A DNA stretch of 64,000 nucleotides, from positions 1,024,001-1,088,000 of the forward strand of contig CAVZLN010000003.1 in assembly GCA_963776245.1 (NCBI GenBank). Direction: 5' to 3'. This DNA is from Candidatus Eiseniibacteriota bacterium (GTDB lineage: Bacteria; Eisenbacteria; RBG-16-71-46). Within the stretch, counting starts at the first letter, position 1. Every line of letters starts with the position of its first letter. Made by a program: the position numbers and the translations under genes. The notes below the pieces were generated by a model. That model was not told the origin of the DNA, ran no database searches, and saw only the letters and a list, made by a program, of their open reading frames with translations. This document shows positions 28,591-37,548 of this stretch, one piece after another.

Positions 28591-29511
28591 TCAGGCCCCC
28601 ACGCCGCCGGGGTCGTGCGGATCGAGCGCGTCGCGCAACCCGTCGCCGAGGAAGTTGAAGCCCAGCAGGGTGAGCGAGAGCGCGGCGCCCGGGAAGCACA
28701 CCAGCCACGGGAACAGCGCCAGCACGCGCGCGCCGTCCGACACCAGCGTGCCCCACGACGCGGCGGGGGGCTGCACCCCGAGGCCGAGGAAGGAGAGGAA
28801 CGCCTCCTGCAGGATGACCGCGGGCACCGTGAGCGTGGTGTACACGATCACCGGTCCGAGCGTGTTGGGCACGATGTGGCGGAACAGGATGGCGCCGTCG
28901 CTGGCGCCGAGCGCGCGCGCGGCCTCGACGAAGGTCTGGCGCTTGAGCGAGAGCACCTGCCCGCGCACGATGCGCGCCATGGTCAGCCACTGCACCAGCC
29001 CGAGCGCCACGAACAGCATCACGAGGCTGCGATTGAAGAACACCAGCAGCAGGATGACGAGGAAGATGTAGGGCAGCGAGTAGAGCACGTCCACGAAGCG
29101 CATCATCGCCTCGTCGGTGCGGCCACCGCGATAGCCCGCCACCGCGCCGTAGGTCACCCCCACGAGCAGGCTCACCAGCGTCGCCACCAGCCCGACCAGC
29201 AGCGAGATGCGCCCGCCATGCACGGTGCGCGCGAACACGTCGCGACCCAGCTCGTCGGTGCCGAATGGGTGGTGGAACGACGGCGCCACGGCGCCGAGAC
29301 GCAGATCCTGGGCGCTGGGATCGGGCATGCCGGGCAGCCACGGCGCGAGCGCCGCGGTGAGCGAGATCCACAGCAGGAACGCGCCCCCGGCGAGCGCCGC
29401 GCGATTGCGCCGCAGCCGGCGCCACGCGTCGCTCCACAGTCCGCGCGCGGCGGGGGCGCGGGCCGCCCTGCCGGCGAGACCGCCGATCGGAGACGCCGGG
29501 CCCAGGCTCAT
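28591..29511 (-). CDS. oppC: Oligopeptide ABC transporter permease
   Basis: WSDAWRRLRRNRAA, HPFGTDELGRD, EAA loop FVEAARALGA, EAFLSFLGLG, NFLGDGLRDALDP. Confidence 0.92.
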   Translation of the reverse strand: MSLGPASPIGGLAGRAARAPAARGLWSDAWRRLRRNRAALAGGAFLLWISLTAALAPWLPGMPDPSAQDLRLGAVAPSFHHPFGTDELGRDVFARTVHGGRISLLVGLVATLVSLLVGVTYGAVAGYRGGRTDEAMMRFVDVLYSLPYIFLVILLLVFFNRSLVMLFVALGLVQWLTMARIVRGQVLSLKRQTFVEAARALGASDGAILFRHIVPNTLGPVIVYTTLTVPAVILQEAFLSFLGLGVQPPAASWGTLVSDGARVLALFPWLVCFPGAALSLTLLGFNFLGDGLRDALDPHDPGGVGA

Positions 29512-30425
29512 CCCAGCTCCACGCGCGGGTCGAGCCGGGTGTAGGCGAGGTCCACGATCAGGTTCAGCACCATCAGCAGCGCGGCGTAGAACAGCACCAC
29601 GCCCAGCACCAGGGTGTAGTCGCGGTTGAACGCGCCGTTCACCAGGTAGCGCCCGAGTCCCGGCACCGCGAAGATGCTCTCCACCACGATCGAGCCCATG
29701 ACGATGCGCGCGACCGCCGGACCGAGGTACGACACCACCGGCAGCAGGCCGAGCCGCAGGGCGTGCTTGCCCACCACGGTGCGCTCGGGCAGGCCCTTGG
29801 CTCGCGCGGTGCGGATGTAGTCCTGGCGCAGCACCTCGAGCATGCCGGCGCGCGCCAGCCGCGCGATGTACGCCACGTACGCGGTGGAGAGCGTGAGCAC
29901 CGGCAGCACGCGGCTCGCCGGCCCGGTCCACAGGGCGGGCGGCAGCCAGTAGAGCGTGAGCGAGAACACCAGCACGAGCAGCGGTCCGAGCACGAAGCTG
30001 GGGATCGACACGCCCGCCAGCGCCACGCCCATCGCGGCGTGATCGGCCGCGCGGTTCTGCCGCACCGCGGCGAGGACGCCGAGCGGCACGCCCAGCAGGA
30101 GCGACACCAGCAGCGCCCACCCGCCCAGCTCGGCCGAGACCCGGAAGCCCTCGAGGACGATGTCGCGCACCTGGCGCGCGGGGTACTTGTACGAGGGCCC
30201 GAGGTCGAGACGCGCCGCGCTGCCGAGGAAGCGCACGTACTGCTCGCCGAGCGGCCGGTCGAGACCGTAGGTGCGGAGCATCTGCGCCCGGGCCGTCGCC
30301 GGGATGTCACGTTCGGACTGGAACGGACCGCCGGGCGCCAGCCGCACCAGGAAGAACGTGAGCGTCCCGATCACCCACAGCGTGGGGACCATGAGGAGCA
30401 GGCGGCGCAGGGCGAAGGTCCACAT
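29508..30425 (-). CDS. oppB: Oligopeptide ABC transporter permease
   Basis: RLAPGGPF, YGLDRPL..QY, DYIRTARAKGL, NRDYTLV, YTRLDPRV. Confidence 0.92.
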   Translation of the reverse strand: MWTFALRRLLLMVPTLWVIGTLTFFLVRLAPGGPFQSERDIPATARAQMLRTYGLDRPLGEQYVRFLGSAARLDLGPSYKYPARQVRDIVLEGFRVSAELGGWALLVSLLLGVPLGVLAAVRQNRAADHAAMGVALAGVSIPSFVLGPLLVLVFSLTLYWLPPALWTGPASRVLPVLTLSTAYVAYIARLARAGMLEVLRQDYIRTARAKGLPERTVVGKHALRLGLLPVVSYLGPAVARIVMGSIVVESIFAVPGLGRYLVNGAFNRDYTLVLGVVLFYAALLMVLNLIVDLAYTRLDPRVELG

Positions 30426-30602
30426 GGAAGCGTAATCTAGCGCGCGCGACCGGGATGTCGAGCGGATTCAGGGGCGCCGCGGGTGAGCGCTCGACTCCCG
30501 GCGGTGGGATGCCGTACCGTGACGCGCGTCGCGGGGCCGCTAGACCTTGGCGCGCGATGCGGGTGGTCCGCGCGCCCGCGCCTCTCACCCGAGGGACCGT
30601 GC

Positions 30603-31391
30603 ATGGCCACCGCTCCCCACGCGGCCGCGGACCCGACCGTCCGCATCGTGCCCAGGCACCACGCGCTGGTGCGCATCGCGCACTGGGCCAACCTCCCGCT
30701 GCTGCTCGGCCTGATCGCGAGCGGGCTCTCGATCTACTGGGCCGCCCCGGTGTTCACCCACCCGCGCGATCCCGTCACGCTCAGCAACGACTACCTGACC
30801 GACCTCGGGTTCTTCATCGCCGGCCTGCTGCGGGACCGCGGCGGCCCGCCCGCCGCGTGGGTGTACGACCACTTCAGCCTCGGCCAGCGCCAGCTGGCGA
30901 ACGCGCTGCGCCTGCACTGGGCGCTCGCGTACCTGTTCATGCTCAACGGGGCGCTGTACGCGCTCGGCCTCGCGCGCGGCGGCGGCTGGCGCGCGCTCCT
31001 GCCGCGCGGCTCGGACGGGCGGGAAGCGCTGGCGATGATCCGGTTCTATCTCGGCGTGGTGCCGATGACGGTGCTGCGCCGCCCGTGGCCGCACCCGCCG
31101 GTGCGCGCGAAGTACAACGCGCTCCAGCGCGCCGGCTACCTCGCGATGCCGCTGCTCGGCGCGCTGGTCGTGTTGTCGGGCTGGGCGATGCACAAGCCGG
31201 TGACGCTGCGGTGGCTCGAGCGCCTGTTCGGCAGCTACGACGGCGCGCGCGTCGCGCACTTCGCCGCCATGCTGGGGCTCGGCGCGTTCATCGTCCCGCA
31301 CGTGGTGCTCGTGATCGCCGACGGCTGGGACACGTTCCGCTCCATGGTGGTGGGCTGGTCGGCGCGCGTGAAGGAGGCCGGGCATGAGTGA
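30603..31391 (+). CDS. Cytochrome b/b6 domain membrane protein (Ni-hydrogenase cyt b / PhsC-like)
   Basis: VRIAHWAN, LHWALA, KYNALQR, ARVAHF and PHV histidine ligands. Confidence 0.85.
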   Translation: MATAPHAAADPTVRIVPRHHALVRIAHWANLPLLLGLIASGLSIYWAAPVFTHPRDPVTLSNDYLTDLGFFIAGLLRDRGGPPAAWVYDHFSLGQRQLANALRLHWALAYLFMLNGALYALGLARGGGWRALLPRGSDGREALAMIRFYLGVVPMTVLRRPWPHPPVRAKYNALQRAGYLAMPLLGALVVLSGWAMHKPVTLRWLERLFGSYDGARVAHFAAMLGLGAFIVPHVVLVIADGWDTFRSMVVGWSARVKEAGHE

Positions 31392-32460
31392 GCACGGGCA
31401 CGACGAGCCCGCGGGCGGCGCGGTGCCGGGGCCTGAACGCGGGGTGCCGCCGGTCGCCGGGGAGGCGCCCGCCGCGCCCGCACCCGGAGCATCGCCTGCG
31501 GAGCCCATGCCCGCGCCGGTCGTCGAGGAGGCGCCGCCAGCCGAGCCCGCGCCGGCCCGCACACCCGCCGTCGAACCGGCTCGCGCGCCGGAGGGCCCGT
31601 TCGCCTGGCTCGCCGAGCCGCCGGAGATCCCGGTCGAGGTCCCGCGGCGCCGGCTCGCGGCGGCCTCGCGACGCGACTTCCTGCTGTTCGGCATCGGAGC
31701 GCTGGCGACATCGATCGTCGGGTGGTGGGTGCTGCCCGACCGCACCCGTGCCCGATTGCTGCCGGGTGCGGGCCACGACCGCCTCGACTCGCTCGCCGCC
31801 CGCGTGGGCCTGAACGGTGAGCGGCGCGAGCGCGCGCTGGACCGCGCGCTCACGTTCGACGACGACGTCGCGGAGGCGCTCTACTCGAAGGACCGCCGGG
31901 TGCGCATGTACGATCGCTCGCAGGTCACCTACCTGCGCAACAACTACAACGGCCGCACCCCGGGCCCGGAGTACCTCGCGACGTGGTTGCTGACGCTCTC
32001 GGGGCTGGCCTCGGGCCGCGTCGAGCGGCTCGGCGTGGCGGACCTGCGCGGCCGCTGCGCGTTCCGCGAGCAGGTCACGCGATTGGTGTGCGTCGAAGGC
32101 TGGAGTGCGGTCGCGTGGTGGGGAGGGGTGCGCTTCGCCGACGTGCTCGCCGCGTTCCCGCCCGCGCCCGGCGCGCGCTGGGCGGCGCTGCGCTCGGAGG
32201 TGAACCTCGACGGCCGCGGCGCGCCGGACCCGTACTACGTCTCGATCGATCTCGAAACCGCGCGCCACGCGCAGGTGCTGCTGGCCACGCATCACGATGG
32301 CAGGCCGCTCACGCTCGAGCACGGCGCCCCGCTGCGACTGCTGGCGCCGATGAAATTGGGGCTCAAGAACATCAAGGCCATCACCGGGATCGCGTACTCG
32401 GCGAGCGAGCCGCCCGACTACTGGAACGAGCGCGGGTACTCGCGCTACGACGGGCTGTAG
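31384..32460 (+). CDS. Molybdopterin-dependent oxidoreductase (sulfite oxidase family, MsrP/YedY-like)
   Basis: Tat-like SRRDFL, LVCVEGWS, YYVSIDL, HGAPLRL..P.KLG.KNIK, DYWNERGY. Confidence 0.88.
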   Translation: MSEHGHDEPAGGAVPGPERGVPPVAGEAPAAPAPGASPAEPMPAPVVEEAPPAEPAPARTPAVEPARAPEGPFAWLAEPPEIPVEVPRRRLAAASRRDFLLFGIGALATSIVGWWVLPDRTRARLLPGAGHDRLDSLAARVGLNGERRERALDRALTFDDDVAEALYSKDRRVRMYDRSQVTYLRNNYNGRTPGPEYLATWLLTLSGLASGRVERLGVADLRGRCAFREQVTRLVCVEGWSAVAWWGGVRFADVLAAFPPAPGARWAALRSEVNLDGRGAPDPYYVSIDLETARHAQVLLATHHDGRPLTLEHGAPLRLLAPMKLGLKNIKAITGIAYSASEPPDYWNERGYSRYDGL

Positions 32461-32475
32461 CCCCGGCCCCGGTCT

Positions 32476-34155
32476 TCAGCGTGCCGAGGCCGCTGTGCGT
32501 GCCTCGTCCGCCCGCCACCCGCGGTCGATCGCCACCCGCGTGAGCGGGTGCACGTCGAGCGGCGTGTTGAAGATGCCGCCCACGTAGGGCTTCACCAGCT
32601 CGGTGGTGGAGTAGTGGTAGATCGGGATCAGCGGGCACTGATCGAGCAGCAGCGACTCGGCCGCGGCGAGCGTGCGCAGGCGCCGCGCGGGGTCGGGGTC
32701 GGCGGCCGCGGCGCTCAGCAGCGCGTCGTAGCGCGGATCGCCCCATCCGGTGCGGTTGTTGCCGTCGCCGCTCGTCCAGCAGGCGAGGAAGGAGTTCGGG
32801 TCGGGGTAGTCGCCGATCCACGAGCGCCGCGCCACGTCGTACTTGAGCCCCGCGACCGCCTCCATGGTGGACGCCCATTCCATGTTGCGCAGCTCGACGT
32901 CGATGCCGAGCACGCGCTTCCACATCGCCTGCACCGCTTCGGCGATACGACGATGGTCCTCGCTGGTGCTGAACACGATGGCGATGGACGGAAAGCCGCG
33001 GCCGCCGGGATAGCCCGCCTTCGCCAGGCACGCGCGGGCGCGCGCGGGGTCGTAGCCGATGCCGCGGGGAGCGGTGTAGCCGGCGTATCCGGAGGGCGTG
33101 ACGTTGCCCCACGGGTCGCGGCTCCCCTTGAGCAGGTCGTGGGCGATCGCGTCGCGGTCGATCGCCAGGTTGAGCGCGCGGCGCACCCACACGTCGCCGG
33201 TGGGCCGGCGCGTCACGTTGAGCGAGTAGAAGTAGGTGCCCTGATAGCGCCCGTGGCGGAAGTCGGCGAAGCGCCGCATCGACGGGACGAACGACGACGG
33301 GATGCTCCCGCTGGGGTTCCAGTCGAGCACGCCGGCCTTGTAGAGATTGGTCGAGGTGTTGAGGTCGTCCACGGTGTACGCGCGGATGCCGCGCAGCGTC
33401 ACGCTCGACGCGTCCCAGTAGCGCGGATTGGGCGCGAACGCGAAGTGGTCATTTTGCCGCCAGCGCGACAGCACGAAGCCGCCGTTCGAGAGCATGTGTC
33501 CCGGCTGGGTCCACGCCGCGCCCCAGCGCTCGATCGCGTGCCGCGGCACCGGCAGGAACGGCGTGAACGAGGTGAGCGCGACGAAGTAGGCGGTGGGCCG
33601 CGCCAGCCGCACCACCAGCGTGCTCTCGTCGGGCGCCGCGATCCCCAGGCCGGCCGAGTCGCCCGGCGCGCCCCGGTTGAAGGCCGCGGCGCCGACGATC
33701 GGATCGAAGGTGCCGGCGTTGCGCGCCGCGGTCTCCGGGCGCAGCACGCGCCGCCACGACCACTCGAAGTCGCGCGCGGTGAGCGGGGTGCCGTCGCTCC
33801 ATGCGAGCCCGGGGCGCAGGTGAAAGGTGTAGGTCCGCCCGTCGTCGCTCACGTCCCAGCGGTACGCCTGTCCCGGCAGGTTGGGCCCGCCACGCGGATC
33901 GTCGGCGGTGAGGCCCTCGAGCAGGATGTGGCACACGCGCCCGTCGGGCTGGCCGGTCGCGAGCGCCGGATCGATGGTCTCGGGCTCGGCGCCGAGGTTG
34001 AACGTGAACACGCCGTCGGCGGGCGGGGAGATGTCGCCGAAGTAGGCGACCGGCTGGGCACCCGCGGGAGCGCGCGCGGGAGCGCAGCCGGACGAGAGCG
34101 CGAGCAGCGCGGCGGCCAGCGCGGCGAGAGCGGAGAGGCGCGTGCGGTGAGCCAC
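32476..34155 (-). CDS. oppA: Oligopeptide ABC transporter substrate-binding lipoprotein
   Basis: GTG start, lipobox LSSGC, EPETIDP, YTFHLR...WSDGTPLTARDF, VRRALNLAIDR, WIGDYPDP. Confidence 0.92.
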   Translation of the reverse strand: MAHRTRLSALAALAAALLALSSGCAPARAPAGAQPVAYFGDISPPADGVFTFNLGAEPETIDPALATGQPDGRVCHILLEGLTADDPRGGPNLPGQAYRWDVSDDGRTYTFHLRPGLAWSDGTPLTARDFEWSWRRVLRPETAARNAGTFDPIVGAAAFNRGAPGDSAGLGIAAPDESTLVVRLARPTAYFVALTSFTPFLPVPRHAIERWGAAWTQPGHMLSNGGFVLSRWRQNDHFAFAPNPRYWDASSVTLRGIRAYTVDDLNTSTNLYKAGVLDWNPSGSIPSSFVPSMRRFADFRHGRYQGTYFYSLNVTRRPTGDVWVRRALNLAIDRDAIAHDLLKGSRDPWGNVTPSGYAGYTAPRGIGYDPARARACLAKAGYPGGRGFPSIAIVFSTSEDHRRIAEAVQAMWKRVLGIDVELRNMEWASTMEAVAGLKYDVARRSWIGDYPDPNSFLACWTSGDGNNRTGWGDPRYDALLSAAAADPDPARRLRTLAAAESLLLDQCPLIPIYHYSTTELVKPYVGGIFNTPLDVHPLTRVAIDRGWRADEARTAASAR

Positions 34156-34287
34156 GGTGTCGGAAGATAGCACGCGCTCGATGACAGGGGATCGAGGATG
34201 GAATAGTCTCATGGCGTTCGCATCACCCTGGTCCGCGGCGCCGCGCGCCGCCTGGCCGACCGATCCCGACCGGGAGAGGAGAGGGCC

Positions 34288-35463
34288 ATGCGTCACCGAT
34301 CCGTTCTGGCACTCGTGTCCGCCGTCCTTGCGCTCACCGTCGGTCCCGCCCTGGGTGTCGCGCGGTCGCAGGGGAGCGGCCCTTCGGCGGAAGAGCGACC
34401 GCCCGCGCCCGGCGAGTACATCTACTTCGACCAGATGCCCGAGGCGATCCAGAAGATACCTCCGGTCTACCCGCAACTCGCTCGTGACGCCGGCGTCTTT
34501 GGGAACGTGACCGTGCAAGCGCTGGTGGGGCGGGACGGGCTGGTCAAGGATACGAAGGTCACCAAGTCCATCCCCCTGCTGGATGACGCGGCCATCGAAT
34601 GCGTGCGGCAGTGGCGCTTCAGACCGGCGCTGAGTGAAGGCAAGCCGATCTCGGTCTGGGTCTCGATCCCGGTGCGGTTCAACCCCGGACCCACGCCGGC
34701 ACCCGGCACGGGAGCCCGGATCGCGCCCGACGGTCCACGACCGCGGCCCACACCGCCGCCGGTCGTCGGCCGCAGGATAGCGCCCGACCAGTATCCGACG
34801 CCGGTGGTTATCCGCCGTGTGTTCGGTGCCGCGGTGGGGTTCGCGATCGAGCCCATGGGCGTCTTTCTGGGCTTCCTGGAGGACGGCGTCTGTTGGGGCG
34901 TGTTCCGCGGTCACGATGGCGGCGGCACGTTCCGCGCGGTGCGCACGACCGACGGCCGCTACCACGCTCAGGGCGAGTACACGCAGGGCCGCCGTGGACG
35001 ATTCGACGGGGACTGGAGATTCATCGACGAGATCCCCGAGGTGCGCAGGACGCCGGAGCCCGCGGAGCACACGGTATGGCCGCCGGGCCGCTCGCCCGAT
35101 CCGCGACGCGAGCCGCCCCCCTCCTTCGATCACCCCATCGGGCCGCCCGAGCACGTGGACGACGGCCCGATGCCGGGGACCGGCGATCGCATCGTCCTCG
35201 ACACGTGGCCCGAACCGACGCGGAAGACGGCGCCTGAATACCCGGCCGAAGCACGCATCCGCGGCATCCAGGGCACGGTGGCGGTCCAGGCGCTGGTCGA
35301 TCGCAACGGCGTGGTGCGCGAGGCGCGGGTCGTGAACTCGATCCCCGCGCTCGATGCCGCCGCGCTCGAGGCCGTGCGCCAGTGGCGCTTCCCGCCGGCC
35401 ACCTCTGCCGGCAGGCCGGCGGCCTTCTGGATCGTCGTCCCGGTGAAGTTCCTGCTGCACTGA
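34288..35463 (+). CDS. Protein with two TonB C-terminal domains and an unrecognised central beta domain
   Basis: Signal peptide. Domain 1 PPVYPQLARDAG..WRFRPA..IPVRF. Domain 2 PEYPAEARIRGIQG..WRFPPA..VPVKF. Confidence 0.85.
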   Translation: MRHRSVLALVSAVLALTVGPALGVARSQGSGPSAEERPPAPGEYIYFDQMPEAIQKIPPVYPQLARDAGVFGNVTVQALVGRDGLVKDTKVTKSIPLLDDAAIECVRQWRFRPALSEGKPISVWVSIPVRFNPGPTPAPGTGARIAPDGPRPRPTPPPVVGRRIAPDQYPTPVVIRRVFGAAVGFAIEPMGVFLGFLEDGVCWGVFRGHDGGGTFRAVRTTDGRYHAQGEYTQGRRGRFDGDWRFIDEIPEVRRTPEPAEHTVWPPGRSPDPRREPPPSFDHPIGPPEHVDDGPMPGTGDRIVLDTWPEPTRKTAPEYPAEARIRGIQGTVAVQALVDRNGVVREARVVNSIPALDAAALEAVRQWRFPPATSAGRPAAFWIVVPVKFLLH

Positions 35464-35486
35464 TCGACGTGAGACCCGTGGCGGCG

Positions 35487-36524
35487 ATGGAGCGGATCCT
35501 CGTATGGCGCACCCTGCGGGTCGTCATCGTCCCGCTCGTGCTCGCGATCCCCGTGCAACCGCTCTCGCGGCGGGCCGGCGCGGAGATCCCGGACGACTCC
35601 CGCGTGGAGACGCTGTCGGCGCCAGCGCCCGAGCCGGCAGCGGCCGACAGCGAGATGGCGCGACTGCGCGGGGCGCTCCGGCAGCATGACGCCGCCGGGG
35701 GCTCGCGCCGTGAGGCGGATTCCGTCGCCGTGGAGTTGGCCCGGCTGTACAACGGCTCCGCCCGGTACGACAGCACGATCGCTCTGCTCGCCCCGCGCGC
35801 GACCGACCCGGCGGACTCGCCCAACGTCTGGGATCCACAGGTGAACTGGTATCTGGGAGTGGCGTACGAGGTGGCGGGGCGGCTCGACGAGGCGGTCGGC
35901 GCGTTCATCCATCACGCGGCGGCGTACGGCGACACCGCGACCCCGCCGCGCCTGCGCGACGTGTACCGGCGACGCCACCGCACGCTCGAGGGGCTCGACC
36001 GGCGGCTCGCCGACGCGCGCGAGGTGTCGCGGCGCCGGCGAGTGTTCGACCTGCCACGCGTGGACACGCCGGCGCCGGAATGGGCGCTGCCGGCGCTCGA
36101 CGGCCGTCGCGTGCGGCGCAGCAGCAGGTTCGAGGGACGCATGGTGGCGCTCGAGTTCTGGGACACCGAGTGCGCGGCGTGCCTCGAGGCACTGCCCCGG
36201 TTCGCCGCGCTGGCGAAGGACCCGCGCTTCGCGCGCGTCACCTTCCTGACGGTGCATCGCGAACCACCCGGGGGCGAGCCCGGCGCCCGGGAGCGAGCGC
36301 GTGCGCTCATGCGCGAGCGCGGCTGGTCGTTCCCGGTGCTGTGCGACACCGCCGGCGCGACGGCGGCGGCGTTCGGGGTGGTGTCCCTCCCGACCGCGGT
36401 GGTGATCGACCGCAATGGCCGCGTGCGCTATCGCACCACCGGCGACACACCCGACGCCGCCATCCTGCGCGACCAACTGGCCGACCTCGTCGAGGAAGCC
36501 GCGGCCCCGCAGTCCCTGCGCTGA
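35487..36524 (+). CDS. TlpA/ResA-family thiol-disulfide oxidoreductase with N-terminal TPR-like region
   Basis: PAPEWALPALDG, FWDTECAAC, FPVLCD, FGVVSLPTAVVIDRNGRVRY. Confidence 0.85.
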   Translation: MERILVWRTLRVVIVPLVLAIPVQPLSRRAGAEIPDDSRVETLSAPAPEPAAADSEMARLRGALRQHDAAGGSRREADSVAVELARLYNGSARYDSTIALLAPRATDPADSPNVWDPQVNWYLGVAYEVAGRLDEAVGAFIHHAAAYGDTATPPRLRDVYRRRHRTLEGLDRRLADAREVSRRRRVFDLPRVDTPAPEWALPALDGRRVRRSSRFEGRMVALEFWDTECAACLEALPRFAALAKDPRFARVTFLTVHREPPGGEPGARERARALMRERGWSFPVLCDTAGATAAAFGVVSLPTAVVIDRNGRVRYRTTGDTPDAAILRDQLADLVEEAAAPQSLR

Positions 36525-36657
36525 GCGCGGACACGTCGTTGCTGACCCGTGACCGGATCTCGGCTACCCTCCGTGCATCGGCCCGCGCCCCCGAGGCGCC
36601 CGCGCGAACCCTGCTCGCGCCCGCAGGCCACCTCACCCGACCGGGGAGGAAACCGCG

Positions 36658-37413
36658 ATGCGAAGTTGCGCTGTCGTCATCATGGTCCTGATCGCGACGC
36701 TCGGCGCGTCGACAGGGGCCCAGACCTCGGGATCCGAGAACCCATCGCCCGCAGGCGAGCCGCCCTATTTCGAGCAATTGCCCGAGGCCATCGCCAAGGT
36801 CGAGCCGACCTACCCGGAAATCGCGTTGGAAGCAGGCATCGATGGGGAGGTCACGGTCAAGGCGCTGGTGGGCCGGGACGGAAGCGTGGTGGACGTGCGC
36901 GTCGTGAAGAGCATCCCGATGCTCGACGCCGCAGCGATCCGCTGCGCGCGCCAATGGCGTTTCAAGCCCGCGATCGTCGACGGCAAGCCGGTCGCGGTCT
37001 GGGTGGCGATCCCACTGCGATTCGTCCTTCCGCCGGTGAGGCGAACGGGCGGGATCATCGACGGTATCCCTGCGTATCCGGCCGAGCCTACCCACCCTCG
37101 GTTCGAACCGCGCGTGATCCATCTCGAGGCCCCGGTGTATCCGGAACTGGCGTGCGAAGCGCGGGTCGAGGGAACGGTGGGGGTCCTCGCCCACGTGCTG
37201 CGCGACGGGGCGGTGGGTGAGGTGAAGATCATCCGCTCGAGCCCGATGCTGGATGCGGCGGCGAGGGATTGCGCCCGACGGTGGCGCTTCATCGTTCCAC
37301 CCGCGACGGTCCGGCCCGAGTCCACATGGGTGGTCCTCGAGTTCCCCTTCACATTGCCGAAGTGCCTCGGCGAATCCTCCGGGGCTCGGTTCAAGACCGC
37401 CCCGCCGCGGTAG
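36658..37413 (+). CDS. Protein with two tandem TonB C-terminal domains
   Basis: Signal peptide. PTYPEIALEAGIDG..WRFKPA and PVYPELACEARVEG..WRF. Confidence 0.85.
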   Translation: MRSCAVVIMVLIATLGASTGAQTSGSENPSPAGEPPYFEQLPEAIAKVEPTYPEIALEAGIDGEVTVKALVGRDGSVVDVRVVKSIPMLDAAAIRCARQWRFKPAIVDGKPVAVWVAIPLRFVLPPVRRTGGIIDGIPAYPAEPTHPRFEPRVIHLEAPVYPELACEARVEGTVGVLAHVLRDGAVGEVKIIRSSPMLDAAARDCARRWRFIVPPATVRPESTWVVLEFPFTLPKCLGESSGARFKTAPPR

Positions 37414-37548
37414 CATCCCCGGGCGCCCGGTCCGATTGGCGGGGCTCGCGCCGCACGCGGTAGACTGCCGGCCGCGCGCAGGTGCCGCGTGCGCGCGTGC
37501 CGTCGCATCGCTCGAACGACTGCCGGGACGAGATCCCGTGATCCCTCC

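Noticed and set aside
32476..35460. 994-aa OppA with a long N-terminal extension
   Set aside because: The extension is the antisense of the TonB gene. The lipoprotein signal and -10 box place the start at 34155.
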